Below are positions 31,010-43,941 of a stretch of DNA of 64,000 bases, piece by piece. Source of the DNA: the human T2T-CHM13v2.0 reference genome, Homo sapiens; NCBI RefSeq assembly GCF_009914755.1, contig NC_060928.1. One strand, given 5' to 3'. The notes beneath the pieces are model-generated. The model was not told where the DNA came from. It made no database searches and was given only the letters and a program-made list of their open reading frames with translations. Position 1 is the first letter of the stretch; the number at the start of each line of letters is the position of its first letter. Both the position numbers and the translations under genes were made by a program.

Positions 31010-31240
31010 TATTTATTGAGAACTTGCTATGTGCTAGACATTGTGTTAAGTGCTATAAATGTAGTAACTCATGTAATCCCTGCGCAGCTTGGTGAGAAAG
31101 CTATTATTATTACTGTTTTTCAAATGAGCTACAGATGCAAAGACTGGAGAAACATTTTTCCAAAGGAACAAAGCTAGTAGTTAGGATAACTGAGATTTGA
31201 ACGCAGTCTCTCTTACTCCAGCATCTGTGCTCTTAAACAC
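31010..31240 (-). mobile_element. MIR
   Basis: ATTTATTGAGAACTTGCTATGTGCTAGACATTGTG...GATTTGAAC...TGTGCTCTTAA. Confidence 0.75.
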
Positions 31241-31760
31241 CAAGCAATATTTTGTTGTTGTTGTTCTTGTTGTTTAACAAACATAGGTACATACACATAG
31301 AAAGTCAAAAAACATTGTGTTAAATTTTTTTCAGTAGTAGCATTTTACATGGTTTTTGTGTTTTTAAAATTTTTTATTTGGAATAACTTTAAACTTGCAG
31401 AAAAGTTACCAAAAGATGACAGACTTATCACATATCCCTCTCTATGCTTTCCCTATCTTATATAACTTTAGTACAATTTCAAAACCAAAAAATTAATAAT
31501 GGGGCATACTATTAGCTAAACTACAGACATTATTCATCTTTTACCAGTTTTTTTTACTAATTTGTGTTCACTTTCTTATTTTAGGATACAAAAGATTTTC
31601 TAGGATCTTATCATATTTTCCTTAACCCGGCCTTGGAATCAACCATTTCTCCAGAGACCTGAATAATCAGAAACCACAGGGAAATTAGGTATGATCATTG
31701 CTACTGGACTCTTGTTTCCTCTAGGCCGTCTCTGTGGACAGAGTTAGAAAATATGTGCAT

Positions 31761-34073
31761 CAGGAAGAAGATGGCGGATAGAAGGCAGAAGTAGCTTGCA
31801 ACTCCTGCTCAAATACACCGATCAATGTGTAGAGACTCACATCATGAACTTTTGCTCCAAGAACTACTGCAGGAACATGCCAGGAAAGCCGAGAATCCAC
31901 AGACCCTTTGAAGGAGCTGATCACCCCTGCAGTCTCCCTGAGACACTGAAAAACTGAGTCTGCCTGCTTTCTCAATGGGGATGCTCATGATCTGGGGCAA
32001 GTTCTCAACCCTGGTCACTGGCTGCCTGGGAATAGACTCAGTGCTGTTCGGAGGGCACGGTGGGAGTGAGACCAGCCTTTTGGACTGCAGGCTGTGTGGA
32101 AGCAGGTGAGGCCTGTGACTGACAGCTTTCCCCCACTTCCCTGGGGACCTGTATGACTCAGCAGAGGCAGCTATAATTCCCCTGGGAATATAATTTCATT
32201 GGATTAGGAACCACAACCCCATCCCCCACAGCAGCTGCAGCAAGCCCCACCCAAGGAGAGTCTGAGCTCAGATATGCCTGTCTTTGCCCCCACCTGGTGA
32301 ACTTTCTCTACCCCCTTAGCAGCCAAAGACAAAGGTCATAATCTCCTGGGAGTTCTAAGGCCCTGCCCACTGCCTGAAAAACCTGTATACTTAACCAGGT
32401 GTCCCTAGGGCAAGTTTGAATTCTCCCTATAGGACCACAACTGATGCACTCTTGAAAGTGCCACCTCCTGCCTGGAGGCCAACCAACACACAACTAGTGC
32501 ACTAAACAAAAATACAACCAGGGACCCTCACAGAGTCCACTTCACCCGCCTGCTACCTCCACCGGAGCAGGTGCTGGTATCCACGGCTCCAAGACCTGGA
32601 TCCTCATCTCTCACCCTATATAAAAATCAACTCAAAGTGGATCTAAGACTTAAATCTAAGACCTTAAACCATAAAGAGTCTAGAAGATAACATGGGAAAA
32701 ACCCCTCTAGACATTGGCTTAGGCAAAGACTTCATGACCAAGGACCTGAAAGCAAATGGAACAAAAACAAACACAGATAGATGGGACTTCATCAAGATAA
32801 AAAGCTTCTGCACAGCAAAAGAAATAATCAGTACAGTTAAAAGACAACCCACACAGTGGGAGAAAATCTTCACAATCTATACATCTGACAAAGGACTAAT
32901 ATCCAGAATCTACAAAGTACTGAAACAAATCAGCAAGAAAAATTAGTGATGTCGAACATTTTTCTATATGCTTGTTGGCCATTTGTATATTGTCTTTTGA
33001 GAATTGTCTCAAAATGTATAGAGTATTTACATGTATATATGCTAACCTACATATACACACATCTACATGTGTCTCTGATACAATCCCATCAAAAAGTGGG
33101 CTAAGGACATGAATAGACAATTCTCAAAAGACAATATACAAATGGCCAACAAGCATATAGAAAAATGTTCAACATCACTAATTATCAGGGAAATGCAAAT
33201 CAAAACCACAATATGATGCCACCTCAGTCCTGCAAGAATGGCCATAATCAAAAAAATAAAAAAAATAGATGTTGGTGGGTATTTGGTGAAAAGGGAACAC
33301 TTGTACACTGTTGGTGGGAATGTAAACTAGTACAACCACTGTGGAAAACAGGGTGGAGATTCCTTAAAGAACTAAAAGTAGATCTACTGTTTCATCCAGC
33401 CATCCCACACTAGGTATCTATCCAGAGGAAAAAAATTCATTGTACACAAAAGATACTTGCACATGCATGTTTATAGCAACACAATTTGCAATTGCAGAAA
33501 TATGGAACCAGCCCAAATGCCCATCAATCAATGAGCAGATAAAGAAATTGTGATATATATATGATGTATATATTCCATCATAGATGTATGATGTATATAT
33601 TCCATCATAGATATATGATGTATATATTCCATCGTAGATATATGATGTATATATTATATATATATATATGTGGGAATGTAAACTAGTATATATATACATA
33701 ATGGAATACTATTCAACCATAAAAAGGAATGAAATAATGGAATTTGCAGCAACCTGGATGGAATTGGAGACTATTATTCTAACTGAAGTAACTCAGAAAA
33801 ATGGAAAATCAAACATTGTATGCTCTCACTCATATGTGGAAGCTAAGCTATTAGGATGTAAAGGCATAAGACTGATACATTGGACTTTGGGGCTCAGGGG
33901 AAAGGGTTGGGGTGGTGAGGGATAAAAGACTACACATTGGATACAGTGTATACTGTACAGGTGATGGGTGCACCAAAATGTCAGAAATCATCACTAAAGA
34001 AGTTATTCATGTAATCAAACACCACCGGTTCCCTAAAAACCTATTGAAATTAAAAAATTAAAAAATTTTAAAA
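31761..34073 (+). mobile_element. L1PB with both ends but a large internal deletion
   Basis: 5' end AAGATGGCGGATAG...GAACTTTTGCTCCAAGAAC. It jumps at about 32597 into late ORF2 (CTGGATCCTCATCTCTCACC; [20 protein letters not shown]) and has an L1PB 3' end. TSD AGAAAATATGTGCAT (31746-31760) / AGAAAATATATGCGT (34074-34088). Confidence 0.9.
33557..33655. repeat. 27-bp minisatellite, about 3.6 copies
   Basis: Unit ATATATGATGTATATATTCCATCATAG (translated as YDGIYTSYI repeats in the ORF track). Confidence 0.9.
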
Positions 34074-34994
34074 AGAAAATATATGCGTGTATATATTTTA
34101 ACCTACATGTTTTTTACCTACATATATTTTAACCTACATGTATATAATATATAGAGTATTTACATGTATGTATTCTAACCTACATATACACGCATCTACG
34201 TGTATCTCTGTATCTATCTGCATAAATATATTAAAAATTATGAATTCATACTGATACCTCCAATATCAATCAATCCAAAACCCAGGGTTCATTCTATTCT
34301 TTTCCTTTTTCTTTTTTGTAACCCTTCTCTCCAACTGCAAGAAACCTAGATCTTATTATCTACAGTATGCTTTACTTATTTGTGCAATCCTAATATACAG
34401 AAAAAGCAGTTTCAGAAGTGCTAACCCACATTGTTATAAGAGAAAAAAGTACAAACTCATTTACAGTATTTATGTACAGTTCTTTGACTTTATAGATACT
34501 GCTTTCCAATTTTTCTTATATTAGTTATTTTCTTCTCCACCCCCATTATTCTTTTTTAAATTATATTTTCTGATACTCGACAATGAACATATATTATTGT
34601 TTGTATTTTTGTGTTTTTAAAGACCATATTCTCTTGGGTCTGCACACCAGCTAGAGGATAATTGCATGAGCAAAATAAAGTATTAAACTTATATCAGATA
34701 CAGGGTTCCTGTGAAGCTTTTGTCTTTACCACATTAGTAACAATTGCTGTGCTTAGCTACCTTTTTCTAGGGTATCTGGACAAAGTCCTAAGTCTGCTTT
34801 AATGCTCCATCAGAGCTCCTCTCTTGCTTCTTCCCAGCTCTACAATCTCACACTTGTCTTTTACCAGTGCTGAAAATGATTATAAAATTTCATATTTGGA
34901 AAATGTACAAGACCTTATAAAATCACTAAAACAGAAACCAAAATAGTATAATCATGGATATAGATATAGATATAAAATGTTAATATCTCTGTAA

Positions 34995-36850
34995 TTTTAT
35001 TTTCAATGTTTATTTTAGATTCAGCAGGTACATGTGCAGGTTTGTTACCTGGGTATATCGTGTGATGCTGAAGTTTGGAGTGTGAAAGTTTCCATCACCA
35101 AAGTACTGAGCATAGTACTCAACAAGTAGTTTTTCAACTCTTGTCACCCACCCTTTCCCCCTCTAGAAGTCCCCAGTGTCTATTGTTGCCATCTTTACAC
35201 GGATGAATACCCAAAGTTTAGCTCCCACTTATAAGTGAGAACATGCAGTATATGGTTTCTGTTCTTGCATTATTAATTCAGTTAGGAGAATGGCTTCCAG
35301 CTCCACCCATATTGCTGCAAAGGACACGTTTTTATTCTTTTTAAGGCTGTGTAGTATTCCATAGTGTGTAAGTACCACATTTTCTTTATCCAATCCACTG
35401 TTGATGGGCATCTAGATTGATTCCATGCCTTTGGTACTGTGAATAATGATGGAATGAGCATGATGTGAGTGCATATGTCTTTTTGGTAGAACAATCTGTT
35501 TTCCTTTGGATATTTATCCAGTCATGGGATTGTTGGGTCAAATGATAGTTCTAAGTTCTCTCAGAAATCGCCAAACTGTTTTCCACAGTGGCTAAACTAA
35601 TTTACATTTCCACCAATGGCGTATAAGCATCTCCTTTTCTCCACAGCCTCGCCAACATCTGTATTTTTTTGACTTTCTAATAATAGTAATTTTCACTGGT
35701 GTGAGATGGTATCTCATTGCGGTTTTGATTTGCATTTCTCTGATGATTAGTGATATGGAGTGTTTCTTCAAGTTTGTTCACTGCTTATATGTCTTCTTTT
35801 GAGAAATATTTGTTTTTTTGAGAAGCAACTTTTGCCCATTTTTAATGCGTTTTTCCTGATTGTTCAATTGCTTAAGTTTCTTATACATTCTTGATATTAG
35901 ACGTTTGTTGGATGAACAGTTTGTGAATATTTTCTCCCATTCTTTAGGTCTTCTGTTTACTCTGTTGGTAGCTTCTTTTACTGTGCAGAAGATCTTTAGT
36001 TTAGTTAGGTCCCACATGTCTTGTTCTGTTTTTATTTCAATTGCTTTTGAAGACTTAGTCATAAATTCTTTCCTAAGAACAATGTCCAGATGGTGTTTCC
36101 AAGGTTTACTTCTAGGACTTGTATAGTTTGAGGTCTTATATTTAAATCTTTAATCAATCTGGAGTTAAATTTTGTATACAGTGAAAGGTAGGTGTCCAGA
36201 TTCATTCTCCTGCATATGGCTAGCCAACTATCCTGGCACCATTTATTTCCTCATTGCTTATTATTGTCAACTCTGTCAAAGATGAGATGGCTGTAGGTGT
36301 GCACCTCTATTTCTGGGTTCTATAGCCTGTTCCAGTGGTCTATGTTTCTGTTTTTGTACTAGTACCATGCTGTTTTGGTTACTGTAGCTTTATAGTTTAG
36401 TTTAAAGTTGGGTAATGTCATGCCTATTGCTTTATTCTTTTTGGTTAGGATTGCTTTGGCTCTTCAGGCTGATGTTTAGTTCTGTGTAAGTTTTAGAATA
36501 GTTTTTTTCTAATTCTGTGAAAAAACACAGTGGCAGTGTGATAGGAATAACATTGAATCCATAGATTGCTTTGAGCAGTATGGCCATTATAATGATACTG
36601 ATTCTTCCAATCCATGAACATGGAATGTTTTTCCATTCATTTGTTTCATCTATAATTTCATTCAGCAGTGTTTTGTGATTCTCCTTGTAGAGATGTTTCA
36701 CCTTCTTGGTTAGATGGATATCTAAATATCTTATTTTGTTATGTGGCTATTGTAAATGAGATTGCATTCTTGATTTGACTCTCATCTTGAATGATATTGA
36801 TGTATAGAAATGCTACTGATTTTTGTACGATGATTTTGTGTCCTGACACT
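34995..36850 (-). mobile_element. 5'-truncated L1PA15/16-type LINE
   Basis: TTTTAGATTCAGCAGGTACATGTGCAGGTTTGTTAC end. ORFs 35778-36062 and 36432-36701 are ORF2 fragments ([12 protein letters not shown]). Confidence 0.9.
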
Positions 36851-37715
36851 TACAGTATTAGCTCTTATGTTTAGATCTTTCATCCATTTTAAGTTAATTT
36901 TTTAATATGTTGGAAAATAGGAGTCTAACTTTATTCTTTTTCATGTGGATACCTAGGTGTTTACATTTATGGAAGGTGTTTACATTTAAGGAAGGTGTTT
37001 ACTCTTATGGAAGAGTCTATTTTCTCCATCAAATTGTTGCTGTGCTTATTAGTTATGTTTCACTGCTGCACTGGACCTCGTCAACACTACACACTACTGA
37101 AGCACTTTCCTCTCTGTGACTGCATTTGCTTTCTTCTCTGGCCTCTACATTTGTGTCCAACCACAAATGGAAGTCATTCTTGTAATTGCTAAGGATGTTT
37201 AAAAAGTAACTTTAATGACTCTTTCATTCAATGTACTATTTCTCTACTCAGTATTTGTTAATCAAAGACAATTGTCAGGAGACTTGAACAAAAAAACCAC
37301 AGAGTGCCCAAACTGAGATGTGCTCAACTTCCTTCAGGGTTTTTGTCTGCTTCTAATTTTGCACAGAAATTTTGATTGCCAACCACTCTTTAAAAATGAG
37401 GTTGTATTGTCCATGGACAGGTCAGCTCATACGCTAGCACCCAAAAGAGAGGTAAGCAGAAACAAGCCCAAAGACAAACTGAAGAGTAAACAATAGTCCT
37501 TTTTCTAAAGTAATTAAAAGAGAAAAAAATCATTCAGTAACTTTGCCATTTTAGTGCAAAGACAATTTTTTTCTAAATGAAATTATTTGAAAAATGTTAA
37601 TGACCCAAGAGTATATGATCACACACAAAAAAACACAAATGTACAAAATGTTGATAGTAGCTTTTTAGAAAAAAAAATGTTATCTTAGTTTGTGCTTCTA
37701 TTCCCAAAGTAAATG

Positions 37716-37944
37716 CAGTTGATCCTTGAATAACATGGATTTGAACTGCAGGGGTCCACTTGTATGCAGGTATTTTTAGCCATGTGCAGGTTGAAAATGC
37801 AGCATTTTTGGAATATGAAACCTCTGTATACAGAGGGCTGACTTTTTGTATATTCAGGTTTTGAAGAACCAGCTGAGTATGTGGGATGTGGATACACACA
37901 GGTGGTCCTGGACAAATCCCCAGCATATACCAAGAGATAACTCT
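37716..37944 (-). mobile_element. MER8 (Tigger-type MITE)
   Basis: CAGTTGATCCTTGAATAACATGGATTTGAACTGC...GGTCCTGGACAAATCCCC...ATACCAAGAGATAACT. Confidence 0.75.
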
Positions 37945-38479
37945 ACTTGGGGATCTGAAGACTGTGGACTCACTGTTTTCAGGAATATGTACTTAAAGCA
38001 GGTGAGGGGAAAAATGTTATCTTGTTTAATTTGCGGTTCTGTTCTCAGAGTAAATACTTGAGGCTATGAAGACTGAATTCACTGTTTTCAGAAAGATGTA
38101 CTTAGAGCAAGTGACGAAATCTGAATTATATTAATGGTCAAAAGCAGCCCCAAATTCAGAGTGTGTTTAGAAACAAGTATAGTAATGTCAAATACAAAAC
38201 TCAACACCTTAAGTGAGTCATTACAAAGAAATAATTTAGCAATTTACTTGTGACCTAGTGGGCGTCATCATTATTATTATTACAGGCTTGGCAAATTTTG
38301 GCTTTTCAATTATTCTAGAACTTAGTTAATATCTGTATAGATGCCTCTTGTGGCTTTAAAATGTTGACAGCTGATTAAACTTATCTTTTCTGAGTAATCA
38401 GTCTGAAAGATTCTTTTTTATTTAATCTAGAAGTTTTATTAATTGATTTTTTAAAATAGGCTGACAGATGCTATTATAT

Positions 38480-39540
38480 AGCCACAGGAATAGCTAACAT
38501 TTTACAAATTGACAATAGTAAATGTTGATGAGAATACAGAGCAACTGGAACTCTGATACATTACTGGAAGAAGTATAAATTAGCACAATTATTTGGAATA
38601 GTGGCATTACAAATTAGAGCTAATCATCTGCCTATTTCATGGCTCACAACTAATTAGTTCATGTGAACACCAAAAAAATACAAAAATCTTGATAACAGCG
38701 TTAGTCATAATAACTCTAACTGGAAACAATCCAAGTGACCAATAACAACAACAACAACAAATAGGTAAACAAATTGTGTGTGCTCATTAAATGAAATATC
38801 ACACAACAATAAAGAATAGACTACTGATACATACCACCACACAGATGACTCTCCCAGAGTAATGATGAACAAAAGAAATCAGAGACAAAATAGTATATAC
38901 TATATGACTCCATATGAAGTTCAAGCAGATACAAAACTAACCCATGGTGTTAGAAATCAAAGTAGTAATTACTTTTGGAGAGGTTTTGACTGGAGAGGGA
39001 CATGGGGAAACTTCTATGATATGAGAATATTCTGTCTTGAGCTGTGTGTGGTTACACAGAGTGATATTTAGTGTTAAATCAAACTAAAATTGGCCCAAGG
39101 TGGCCTCCTTAGGAGTTCCTAACTGCAACCTAACTCAGAATGCAAACAAACTGAAAACCTAGTTTAGGAACTAATAAGTGTCTCAGCCTATCACAGGTGA
39201 CCAACTATTCAAATTATATTCAAATAAGGCAAATGTGAGTTGTAATCAATCAGGCTGTCTCTGTACCTCACTTCCATTTTCTGAATGTCACTTCCTTTTC
39301 TCTGACTGTAAATATAAGATGCACAGGTGGTAGGGTGGGGCATTCTGAGCCATTTTTGTTTCAAACTCCTGTCTGATTCTAGAATTGCAAATAAAAGCCA
39401 ATTAAGATCTGCTAAACTAGATTTATTGTACTTTTGTCTTTGAACTATGAGAAAATCAAATCAATCTGCACACTTACAATTAGTGTACTTTATGTACTTT
39501 ATCCATATGTATGATAAACCTCAATAATTATTTTAAAAAT
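38480..39540 (+). mobile_element. Ancient L1ME-type 3' end, split by an LTR
   Basis: GAGCAACTGGAACTCT, AACTGGAAACAATCCAAGTG, TATGACTCCAT and AAACCTCAATAA motifs. Confidence 0.7.
39072..39446 (+). mobile_element. MER57-family ERV1 solo LTR
   Basis: TGTTAAA start, TTCAAATAAGGCAAA...CTGTACCTCACTTCCATTTTCTG core, and AATAAA at about 39389. Confidence 0.75.
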
Positions 39541-40809
39541 AAGACGAGTTGAGTGCCTCAGAAAAATGGAGAAATTTTCAAACCTTTTCAACATGAAACA
39601 AATAGCTACATCCCATCGACCTATAATACAAAGAAGGAATGAAGAAATGTAATGTTAAGTAATTGGAGCACAGAATTATACTTGGATAGAAAAGAAGGTG
39701 ATTAAAACATCCGACATTATTGTCACTCTCTTACTGCTAACATGAAGCCATCAATCCTACTATTTCAACTCAAAGAAATAAAATGATAAACAAGGATTGT
39801 TTTCAACAGAGAAAACTGAGTTTTTAGTTGAAACCAGCAGATGTTTCAGAAAAACAGATCCTAATATTTCATTTCTTTTGCTCTCCCACAAACTCATTTC
39901 ACATCCAAAGAATCAATCAATATTCAAGTTAAGCCATACTAAACTAAGTCATATGTTAACTCAGTTCTACTTGAATGGCTTTTACATAATCCTTAGGCAA
40001 GGAACTTGTCAAACTCTTTGCTCAGTACAATTCTTGGGACACTGCTGACGTTCAGTTGGCAGTGTATATTATAATTTATATCATAATAAAAATAACACAC
40101 AAGGAGAATATATACATTTTGCAGTTTGTAAAATGTTGGGCTTCAGCTAGCACAGAATTTTAATTCAGAATCAACAATGGAGAGAGAGATCTGAGGGTAG
40201 AAAGAGCAATTTAATTCAATGAATTCACAGACTCAGCCTAAATTGCAGAAAAACAATACTTATTAGGCAAGCTCTCTACAGGAGTCAGTTAAAATAAGCA
40301 GGGTATTATGTGTTCTTAATGCATTTATTTTACATAGTGAAAGTTGATGTCTTAGTAGCTCCACAAAATCAAGCCTTTTATTGAAGGTGTAAGAAATTGG
40401 AAGTGAGTATGTATCTATGAGTCTATTTAAAAATGTTCAAAAGTGTTGATGGTAGGGGGAGAGAGGAAGAAACAGTAATAAAATACTTTGTAACTGAACA
40501 AGATTATTTGTCTAATTAATGAAATGAGTTACACCTTTAGCTCCTAATTCCCGCCACAGGAGAAACTGCTGATATAATAAAGATTAATAAACATTCCCTA
40601 AAGGTACAAACCTGTTGATTTTTTTCCTTTGGAGAGCAGCCAATATCTACTCTCCAATCCTCAAGTTGGGAGCACACATCAAACTTAGCCAGGAAGAGAA
40701 AAATCTTTGGCCTGCGTGTCACAGAAACACCTATCAAAAAGCCCCAGGGCACAGAGAATTTACCCCAAATCCAGGTTTCATCTGAAAGATTTCTTTTACA
40801 ATGCCTAGT

Positions 40810-40985
40810 CAGTGATCCTCAAAGTATGCTCCCTAAACAAAAACATTATCACCTGAAAATGATTTAGAAATGAAATTCTCTTGCTCTTCCCCGGACCTGC
40901 TGGATCAGACACTCTGATCGTGGGGCCAGGGAACCTGGGTTTTAATAAGCCCTCTCGATGGCTCTGAGGCAGGCTCAAGTTTATT
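40810..40985 (+). mobile_element. MER5A-type MITE
   Basis: CAGTGATCCTCAAAGTATG...ATCACCTG...TTTTAATAAGCCCTC. Confidence 0.7.
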
Positions 40986-41329
40986 TCTCATCAGTTCCAT
41001 ATATTCTTCCATTCCCCTCCAAATAAACAACTGGCCCTGGTCTCATATCGCTGCTGCAAGTTTCTCTTCCTGTCACATTATTTTTTTAAGATAATTATTC
41101 TTCAGAGTGGAGTCATATTTACCATTAGCCACTTTACACATTTCTATTTTACATTTTTACATTTTCACATTATTCAGGCAGAATATATAGTCCCACTAGA
41201 GACCATTAAAATAAAAGTATTGTGTACCAAAAATCTTGCCGGAATCTACTAAATTGTATTAGAGCCACTACAAAGCACAATAGGTCTTCTGCAATCCAAT
41301 TCTGAGCGTTATGTACCAGTACATTCCAC

Positions 41330-41915
41330 CACACCAACGCTTCGCCCCTCAATACAGAATTCTCCTACATAGTAGGTGAATTTGCATTTAAGACATCTGT
41401 AGAAGAGACTCTGTGGCCATGTTACTAATTTTTTGACAATGAAATATGGACAAAGTAATGAACGTATGGCATATCTAAGTCAAGACTTTTCAGAAGCAAG
41501 TGTAACTTTTTCCTGTCCACTCACTGGTACAAATAACATGAGGGCTGAAGGCCTGGAACAGTGGTTCTTAACTTTTACCATGCATTAGAATTACCTGGAG
41601 GGCTGTTTACAATGCTAATTGCTGGAACCTACCTTCAGAATTTTGAATTCAGTAGGTCTAGGGTGGAGCCTGAGAATATGCATTTCTTATAAGGTCCTAG
41701 GTGATGCTGATGCTACTGATTCTCGAACCACTGGCCTGAACCACAGCCTAGGGAATGATGAAGCTACAAGAAGCAAACTGCTTCCCAGAGTGGCCACATG
41801 GAGAACTGCTGTTTAACCAGGAACACAAGATTCAATCTCTATATGAGCAAGAAATAAACTCCTACTGGTTCTGAGCCAATGTGCTATTGAGGATCTCTTT
41901 TTTTAATCATAGTTT
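41330..41915. mobile_element. Old MLT1(I/J-like) LTR, split by MER5A
   Basis: GTGGCCATGTTACTAA, CCACATGGAG and ATGAGCAAGAAATAAACT motifs. Confidence 0.55.
41559..41733 (-). mobile_element. MER5A
   Basis: CAGTGGTTCT...GAACCACTG termini with GATTC/AGTAGGTCTAGGGTGGAGCCTGAGAAT core. 8-bp TSD GCCTGGAA/GCCTGAAC. Confidence 0.85.
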
Positions 41916-43358
41916 ATTCTATTCTTAATAATAAAAATCCCTAGAAAAGTTGATCTTGGCATCTTTTAGATACTATATAAAATGTATTTATAATATTCTT
42001 TAATATGAAACAATAAAGACACCAAAAAAATACTAAAGACAAAAATAACATTTTATGCATCTTAAGATAGAAATAATTGATTTTCTTTTTTAATACTTTG
42101 GTTATAGAACTTTTCAATGCTTATCTCCCCCAGAGTTTCAACAAAATATTTATGAATTAATTTTTCTCAGTGCAATAATACTTTTTGTTCTGCCTAGTTT
42201 TCCATCAGCCAGTGTGTTTGTGACACCATCAGGACATCACTGTCTTATTTATCTTTACTCTCCTAGTGCCTAATGCAATGCTTGGCACATTGTCGAAATT
42301 TTTCTTTTAATTATGTGAGAGGAACAACAATAAAAAGAAAGTATGCAGAAAATGGACAAACGGATAGTTTTTTAAAAAACTGGTTTTGTTGACTGCCAGA
42401 GTTTAAGTACCATTAAACCCCATAGATGCATTCAACAAATATCTCTTTGGCATGTTTCAAGCATTGTTCTCATGATGGATTAAAAAAAAAAAAAGCAGTG
42501 AACAGAAAGTCAAGGTCTCTGTTCTCGAAGAGTTTACATTCCTGTGGATGAAAGGGAGACATAAAAAGGCAATTTTTAAAGACGCAACATAATCAAATGG
42601 AAACAAAACAAGATAAGTAACATTGAGTGGTAGACTCATTCAGAAAACGTACATAGGATGCTGTTATCTAAGATACTTGATAAAAGTACTAGGCAAACTT
42701 TGGCATAAGAAAATGGAAAAATCTCTATTGTACTAGCAATACTTAATAGGTTCCTGAACCAATACTTATTTCATAGCATTTGAGGGAAGACTCCATGAGA
42801 CAATCATATGTAAAACATTTACTTTGTAAACAGTCATTGAAGTTATGCAATTCCAATGAGGACAAAGAGTATGTTCAATAGGAGTGAGGAAATGAGGTAG
42901 TCAGAGAAAAAGAATATCATAATTTGAGACTATGGTAATAAAACCATTCTGGATGTTTTTAGATGAGGAGTTTTACGATGAGGTTATTGTGATGAGTTGT
43001 TGAAATTAAATAGGCTGCAATACAGGAGTGTAGAAGTGAAGGAACTGTGAGTCAGGGTGTTGGATGTTGAATAACATGAGGATGATGGTAGACAGGAGGG
43101 GTCAAGTGCTAAAGTTCTTCAGAATGTGGAAATGTGAAGTACCAGATGGCTCTCAAAGAACAAGTGTTCGTTAGTTAAGAGTCCTCTATTATATGATTGT
43201 ATAGCATGCAGTATTTTTCTTTGTGATACTCATCTAAATTGTAATTAATTAATACATTGATTTATTAATGCCAATCTCCCTGTGAGACACTAAGTTTCTT
43301 TAATGTTGGAACCAAGTATAGCTTGTTCCAAAGTGGTTATATTAGCTTGTAAAATACA

Positions 43359-43422
43359 GGGATGGATGGATGGTTGGATAGATGGATGGATGGATGGATG
43401 GATGGATGGATGGATGGATGGA
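43359..43422. repeat. (GGAT)n microsatellite
   Basis: Direct reading. Confidence 0.95.
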
Positions 43423-43876
43423 CTGGTAGATAAATGAAAAAGAGGTAGAACTAAAAATAAATGGCGTCAAGATAAAAATAAGAGAGCCTTCAGAATAAAG
43501 GCAACAAGAAGATCATCTGCAAGACAAAATTACACCAAAAAGTTCAGTATTTCTTAGTTATGGTTACTCATTCCCTACCTCCTTATTTAATCTGCATATC
43601 TTCTTTCCTAGATTAATAAACTACATATTTATAAACTCATCAAGTATGTATGATGTGCAAAAAAAAATTTTATTTGCAACACTCTTTATAATAGGTGAAA
43701 AACAGCACTGTCACTAAATTCCAAAAATAGGGAATTTGTTAAATCAATAAAAAAGTACATTCAAAACATTGAATTTTATGCACCTTTTTAAAAATGCTGA
43801 CTTTGTAGATATGTCCATCAGAAACCATTAAATAAAAAATATATAGACTAATCTACATAGGATCATCTCATCTTTA

Positions 43877-43878
<2 letters not shown>

Positions 43879-43941
<63 letters not shown>
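43879..43941. repeat. Compound (GT)21(GA)10 microsatellite
   Basis: Direct reading. Confidence 0.95.

Larger units (their letters stand above)
31360..34560 (-). mobile_element. L1MC4/5-type 3' region, interrupted by L1PB
   Basis: TTTTATTTGGAATAACTTTAAACTTGCAGAAAAG and CTTGGAATCAACCATTTCTCCA. It resumes after about 34230 with TTCATACTGATACCTCCAAT. Confidence 0.7.

Noticed and set aside
33557-33655. CRISPR-like array
   Set aside because: Head-to-tail units with no unique spacers, in eukaryotic DNA; it is a minisatellite.
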